DNA from: Amoebidium appalachense
Taxonomy: Eukaryota > Protista > Ichthyosporea
Reading direction: 5' to 3'
DNA length: 64,000 nucleotides
Assembly (NCBI GenBank): GCA_963693365.1
Contig: CAVNZM010000003.1
Location: forward strand, 5,142,472-5,206,471
Below, piece by piece: positions 58,203 to 64,000 of this stretch. Numbering within the stretch: position 1 is the first letter of the stretch; each line of letters begins with the position of its first letter. Below the pieces are notes generated by a model. That model was given only the letters and a program-made list of their open reading frames with translations. It was not told the DNA's origin and made no database searches. The translations under genes and the position numbers were made by a program.

Positions 58203-58404
58203 GGCAACTCTTCTTTTTTTATGCCAGTTTCAACTGTTGTTGTTTCGCTTCCAGGCTCATCTGACCCTATGCCAACAAACTCAAAAGAAACAACCAGAGA
58301 CTCGCTTGTTTTTCCCCAAACCGCACACACATAACCACTAACACTAATAGTATTCTGTTCACACTCTCACTCCCGCACCCCGCCTACTAGCAAAAAAACA
58401 TACA

Positions 58405-59442
58405 ATGGAGGAAACACAAAACACACCGACTGTTAGAAAGCCCAAGCGGGCAGCAGTCTTGGGAGGGGGTGCTTTCGGCACAGCCATTGCACAACTGCTT
58501 GCACGGCAAGGTGCAAAAGTGCTTATGTACATGAGAGAGGAACAGGCCTGCAAACGCATGAATGAGACGCATGAAAACTCGACTTACCTTCCCGACGTGA
58601 AGCTCAGCGAAAACATAATCGCAACCACCGATGTTCAGGCTGCATTGACTGGGTGTGATATCATTATGGGCGTAATTCCGACCCCATTCTTCCGGAAATT
58701 CGTCGTCGACAACTACAAGCACTTCCCTGTGAATGTCCCCATTATCGTTTGCTCGAAGGGGATTGAGAAGGGGACACACGACACCCCGTACGAAATGCTT
58801 CGTGATGAGCTTCCAGGAAAGTACTCAAACTATCTAGGCTGCCTTTCGGGGCCGTCCTTTGCCAAGGAGCTTGCTCTCGGTCTTCCCACAAGCGTAACAG
58901 TAGCCTCACCGAACAAGGCAGTGGCAGCTCTCACACAGGAATACCTGAGTGACAAAACTTTCCGAGTCTACACAAGCACAGATGTTATCGGGTGTGAGTA
59001 CGCGGGTGCACTGAAAAACGTGCTTGCTATCGCTTGCGGTGCAAGTGAAGGGGCGGGGTTGGGGTATGGTTCGCGCGCTGCGCTCATCACGCGTGGCCTG
59101 GCGGAAATGGGACGGTTTTTGGAGAAGAAGGGAGGCGACTTGAGAACTTTGACATCGTTGGCCGGTGTAGGAGACCTGACGCTCACATGCACGGCAACCA
59201 TGTCGCGAAATTACACGGTGGGGGTCCGACTTGCAAAAGGGGAGACTATGGAGCAGATCAAAGCATCGACAAATTCAGTCGCCGAGGGGGTTTTTACAGC
59301 GCTGAGCATCCATGAGATGAGGCAGAAAACCGGGATAGATATGCCCTTGTGTGAGGCCGTGTATAAGATCATCTACGAGGGGGTGTCCTTTGACCAAGCT
59401 CTCCGTGACCTTCAGGCCCGGCCTCTTACGAGGGAATGGTAG
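58405..59442 (+). CDS. gpsA: NAD(P)H-dependent glycerol-3-phosphate dehydrogenase, bacterial GpsA-type, intronless, 345 aa
   Basis: VLGGGAFGTA (Rossmann fold), CSKGIE, LSGPSFAKE, GALKNVLAIACG, LAGVGDLTLTC, SRNYTVG, VAEGV. Confidence 0.93.
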   Translation: MEETQNTPTVRKPKRAAVLGGGAFGTAIAQLLARQGAKVLMYMREEQACKRMNETHENSTYLPDVKLSENIIATTDVQAALTGCDIIMGVIPTPFFRKFVVDNYKHFPVNVPIIVCSKGIEKGTHDTPYEMLRDELPGKYSNYLGCLSGPSFAKELALGLPTSVTVASPNKAVAALTQEYLSDKTFRVYTSTDVIGCEYAGALKNVLAIACGASEGAGLGYGSRAALITRGLAEMGRFLEKKGGDLRTLTSLAGVGDLTLTCTATMSRNYTVGVRLAKGETMEQIKASTNSVAEGVFTALSIHEMRQKTGIDMPLCEAVYKIIYEGVSFDQALRDLQARPLTREW

Positions 59443-60177
59443 GCGCGGGGGGGTGGGAGGGGGGGATAATGGATAGCTGTTGCCCACCCAAGAGGAAGCA
59501 TATTTTTTTCACGTAGTACTGCTAGTTTCTTGTTGCTGTGTTCTCTTTTGTTTTTTGATGGTACTCTTGTTCTCCGTTCCCTTTTTCGAGCCCACTTTTT
59601 TTTTTTTTTTAAGGAAGGGGGGGGGGGGGAGGAGGGATGTAGGCATTTTTTTTTTTTTTAAAAAAGGACAGAAGCCCTCCTTTTTTCTTCTTTTTCTTTT
59701 CTTTCCTTTTCTTTTTCTTTCTTTCTTTCTTTCTTTTTTTTTCTTCTTTTTTTTTTCTTTATCTTGAAAATCTTGGTCTTATGGTAGTTGAAACTCAGTG
59801 GAGAATTTGACAAGACTGATAAAAGACCCGTTAAAGCAACAAGTTGAGGGCCCATGTAAGGGTTCAAGTTTCTTTTATAAACTGTTGTAGTGTTTAACCC
59901 GAAAGGGAAACGTTAGGTGGTACAAGAACAGTAAACACAAAAAGGTTTGGGAGGCATGTTAGGGTTAATATTTTCTTTTAATTTCTTTAACTTTTTAGTT
60001 CGATCAATACCTTCATAACCCGGAAGAAAAAGGATGGTTGGTGGTGTATCAGTTTAGTTAGGATTTTCGTCAATGTTAGTGAGCAATAAAACCTGAAGCT
60101 GACTAAGGATAATTCGAGGACCTCAAATTATATCATTGACAATGTTCGCAGTCTTTCTTATTCTTCCCCTCCTTCCT

Positions 60178-60210
<33 letters not shown>

Positions 60211-60386
60211 GTACACCCCCCCACCCCCCATATCACCCCCCCCCCCCCCCCCCCTCACCCCCTTCACAACCACACAGCACCACCACCACACACACACACA
60301 CACATGTTCCCCCCCTCTCACCCCCATCCCCACCTCCTCTCCTCTCCAAACTCTGGATTACCATGCACACGAACCCCCCCTCCCCC

Positions 60387-60482
<96 letters not shown>

Positions 60483-60684
60483 GCTCCGAGACATTCCTTC
60501 TCCTGAGTGTAGCAGGCAACCCCCCACCTCCCCCCCCACCTCCCCCCCCCCCCCCCCCCCCCCCCCCCAAACACACACACACAAACACGCACACAACCCA
60601 TCCTTTTCCCGGGCCCTCCGTGCAGCTATTAGCTTCATGCATTTGGATCAAACGTTCACAGCACCATACACACATGTGCAACAC

Positions 60685-60716
<32 letters not shown>

Positions 60717-60898
60717 TTCCCTTTCTTCCCCCCAAACACAGGCACTCACACCTACACTTACATCATCTCTGGGCGAAACGGAAGTCGAACGCGAAAATGA
60801 ATTTGCAATCGGCAAAGAGAGTTCACAAACCCTTCCCCCCCCTTCCCCCCCCCCCCCCCCCCCCTCCCCCCCCCCCCTCCCCCCCCCCCCCCCCCCCC

Positions 60899-60934
<36 letters not shown>

Positions 60935-61115
60935 CGCTTACATTTCTCTGGGCACACACAAACCTACATTTACATCTTCCCTGTGCAAATTTATCTGAAG
61001 TCGAATACGAAAATGAATTTTCAATCATGCGGCAAAGTGAGCTACACCTTTGCCCCCTTGGTACCGGTGGGCGCGGGTGAAGAGAGAAGGGCCCGGGGGA
61101 GAGGGGGGAGGGGGA

Positions 61116-61147
<32 letters not shown>

Positions 61148-61396
61148 TCTTGACCCGTCCCTGCGCAGGCATTCAATGATGATCGATAACGATTAAGAGT
61201 GATCAGATCTGATTCTGAATCGGTGCGGCCTCTACAATATCCCCTAATTAGTTAATTGGTTGATTAGAACGTTATATATTAACCCTATTCCATCTGGTTC
61301 GAAACCTTTCCTCTCGATTCCTGGTTCTTGGTAATTATATGTATAACCCTAATTAGAAACTTCACAGTGATTCACCTTCGCGGGCACATGGCCAAT

Positions 61397-61430
<34 letters not shown>

Positions 61431-62972
61431 CCAGCTTTTTCCCGGCCTGGGCCTCTCTCGTGTAATGCTCAGAGAACATAGCCATATATGGTCAAAGCCC
61501 AGTCATGGAATCCCCAACCCCGGATCCATGGAACCCCCCCTCCTCCCCCTCCTCCCCCCCCCCCCCCCCCCCCGGCAACAACCCCCAACACACACACACA
61601 CACACACACACGTTGCAATATACCCGCACGTGCACGCCGTCTGCGGACCCCCAAGTGGCCATCACCACCAGAGTTTGCTGCACAGAGATTGGGGACCGTC
61701 TGCAGGGGCCGCTTGGCCTTTCCCCCCTCCCCCCCCGCTTCTGATGTATTAGTTCAGAGGACGAAAGCCCTATAAGCAAAGGGAGATCGCATCACATATA
61801 AATCGCTAGCTAGAAGACGAAGCATTTAATATTATTTCACCAATATTGTTTCACCAAAACTAACATAAACCCAATAACCATAAACTATGTGTGTCTGGGC
61901 CTTAAATGGGTGGTCTGCCGCCCTCCCAACCCCCCACTAGAGGAGCCTAACGGCCCCTGGATAGAATCGCTCTCCCCTGATTATACGTCATCGTTACGTC
62001 ATCAAATCGTGATTCATCCAATCACAGGTGAGGGGACTATCGTCTGCAGAGCATCTAGCTGTGCCCCCTTCCCCCGGGGGTGTGTTGAGGTCTAATAGTA
62101 GATCAGTACGTATACACGTTTGTGCAGCCGCTGTACGTGTACGCAGGTGGAAGGGTGGGTTGAGCGTGTAGGGGCGGCTGTTGCCAGGCTATGCGAGGAA
62201 CACCGGAGGGTGTCAAGAGTCTCACAGCAAGACCAGTGTGCACCCATCATGATGTACGTGTGTGTGTGTTTGTGTGTCTCTACTCACATTGGCGTGTGCC
62301 TAATGTGTCTACTCATGTTGAATTGTGTGTGTGTGTGTGCGCGCGCGCCCGCACGTTGTGTGTTTTTTTGTGTCTGCGTAAGAGCGTGTGCGTGCGTGTG
62401 TGAGTGTGTACATGTGTGAGTGAGTGTGTGTGTGTGCCATGGTGTGTGCATGTGTATGTTGTGTTTGTGCGTGTTCGATAAATATACACACATGCATGCG
62501 CCTGGGGGAAGGGGCGGTCACATGTACTTTCATGTACATTGCTTCAGGGAAGCTTTCACTTTATTTCCGCAAGCACACAACACATCCATGGAACAACTTC
62601 CATATGATGCAAGTAATCTGGTCGGATCTGGATATCCCCAAACTCGGGGACAACATGCAGACCGCAAATCAAGCTATTATCCAATCAAATTACGAGCAAG
62701 GTAAGCTAATAAGGGACCAAACCACAGAATACACCACCCACAAGCCATTATGAAAAATATAAAAACAAGAATTTAAGGGGATCCGATTAGCCTAATCGTA
62801 CTTTGAAATTAATCACCAGTGATTTGCCACCCATTACACCCAAATAAACAAAACACCACCAACGTAATCGTTCACCAACACACCCGGCCTATATTAAAAG
62901 TTCAAAACAACCTTACCGAACCACGAAACCCGCACCGCCAAACAAAAACGGATGAAACCGTTACACATCCGA

Positions 62973-63359
62973 TTAGTACCGATCGTACCGATCCAACCGA
63001 TCACGCGATGCACCGAGCCTAAGCCTCTCCACCCTATCATACTCCCTTTCCCTCTCCATCAATCTGTCCCTATCAGCCAGCCCATACCTATCGCGAATAT
63101 CACGAAAATCACGGATCCCCCAAATGTCTCTCCCTCCATACCCACCCAGATCCCCCCCACGCGAATAAGTAGATGCAGGGAGATAGCGATCACCTGCTCT
63201 CCCCCGATCATCCCTTAGAACCCCACGATCTCTGTCGGCTCCGAATCGGGGAAGATAATCGCGATCGTACAGACTCCCCCCGATTGAGGAATAGCGATCG
63301 CGATCACGGTCACTGCGCAGGGAGGCGGGTGGAAGGGATGGCTGGCCGGCAAATTTGTC
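62973..63359 (-). CDS. Last exon of a gene encoding an Arg/Asp/Gly/Tyr-rich low-complexity C-terminus; upstream exons lie beyond the window
   Basis: Acceptor CTGCAG at 63365-63360, then 128 codons DKFAGQPSLPP...DRDRDRY...RDRLDRYDRY*. Confidence 0.65.
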   Translation of the reverse strand, partial: DKFAGQPSLPPASLRSDRDRDRYSSIGGSLYDRDYLPRFGADRDRGVLRDDRGRAGDRYLPASTYSRGGDLGGYGGRDIWGIRDFRDIRDRYGLADRDRLMEREREYDRVERLRLGASRDRLDRYDRY

Positions 63360-63672
63360 CTGCAGAGCACATGAGAACATTAGAGCTTTTTTCAAGACAT
63401 GAACAATAGGAACATGACAGGAAAAAAACATTGTTTGGAAGGGAGTTTGACTTTTCCCCTTCCTTCCCTCCTTTCTTTTTTTTTATTTATAATTTGGAAG
63501 GAAGGGAGTTTGACTTTTCTTCTTCCTCCCTTCTATTCTTTTCTTTTTCCTTCTCTCTCTCTCTCTCTCTCCCCCCCCCCCCCCCCCCCCCCCCCCCTCT
63601 CTCTCTCTCTCTCCCTCCCTCTCTCTCTGTGTGTGTGTTTCGTTCTTGTTTGGGGGTGAGGGGGGAGGGTGT

Positions 63673-63703
<31 letters not shown>

Positions 63704-63734
63704 GAGGGGGGAGGGGGGGGGGGGGGGGGGGGGG

Positions 63735-64000
63735 TTTTGAATGCGTCAAAAAGTACGAAGTACACAAGAACAAACGGATAACACGATGCAGAATGCAAGC
63801 CATACATAAAGAGTATGCATAATAAGCAGAGCCCATCCTCAGGGGGGGCCCACGTCATCCACAGTACCCGAGTTTCGACCTATTCCCCTCGTTAACGAAA
63901 CCCAACTCAGATACTGTTTCACTTGAACATGAGTAGGTCACCCGTCTTGATCAGAGACGAGCAGGGTTGCTTATGCAGGCAAGGGCAGTGGGAAAGGCCG
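63735..64000 (-). mobile_element. Poly(C)-anchored element, subfamily 2, long copy running off the window edge, in the intron of the minus-strand gene
   Basis: Reverse complement matches 18036-18203 and, further 5', 14975-15060; G-run at 63690-63734 is the poly(C) on the element strand. Confidence 0.85.

Overview
Eukaryotic, intron-rich genomic DNA dominated by poly(C)/poly(G), (CA)n/(GT)n and (GA)n tracts. Most entries in the supplied ORF track are low-complexity artefacts. The RPS12 and BRE1 proteins look opisthokont, possibly a unicellular holozoan (inference). Genes assembled by hand from splice sites: the 3' part of a Gly/Arg/His-rich gene (73-2682,+); a 23-exon BRE1/RNF20-type RING E3 ligase (4419-23992,+) with an intron-nested tRNA-Tyr; an unknown 3-exon gene (27711-30825,+); RPS12 (-) hosting a SNORD100-like C/D snoRNA; an RGS + PAS/LOV-like protein (+); two disrupted CAP/SCP genes; a secreted Pro/Ala-repeat PAN-domain protein; an intronless bacterial-type (GpsA-like) glycerol-3-phosphate dehydrogenase; and the last exon of an Arg/Asp-rich gene (-). 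The most unusual signals are: (1) about 13 copies of a 5'-truncated interspersed element whose fixed 3' end abuts poly(C), whose intronic copies are all sense to the host gene, which carries a covarying pseudoknot-like RNA structure, and one copy of which lies near a Penelope-like thumb/GIY-YIG remnant; (2) repeated degenerate tandem copies ('echoes') of exon-intron junctions in BRE1 introns; (3) a tRNA-like structured element, a Sola2-like MITE and a perfect 59-bp hairpin. Single-base homopolymer shifts in exons suggest assembly errors, so tract lengths and some frameshifts are uncertain.
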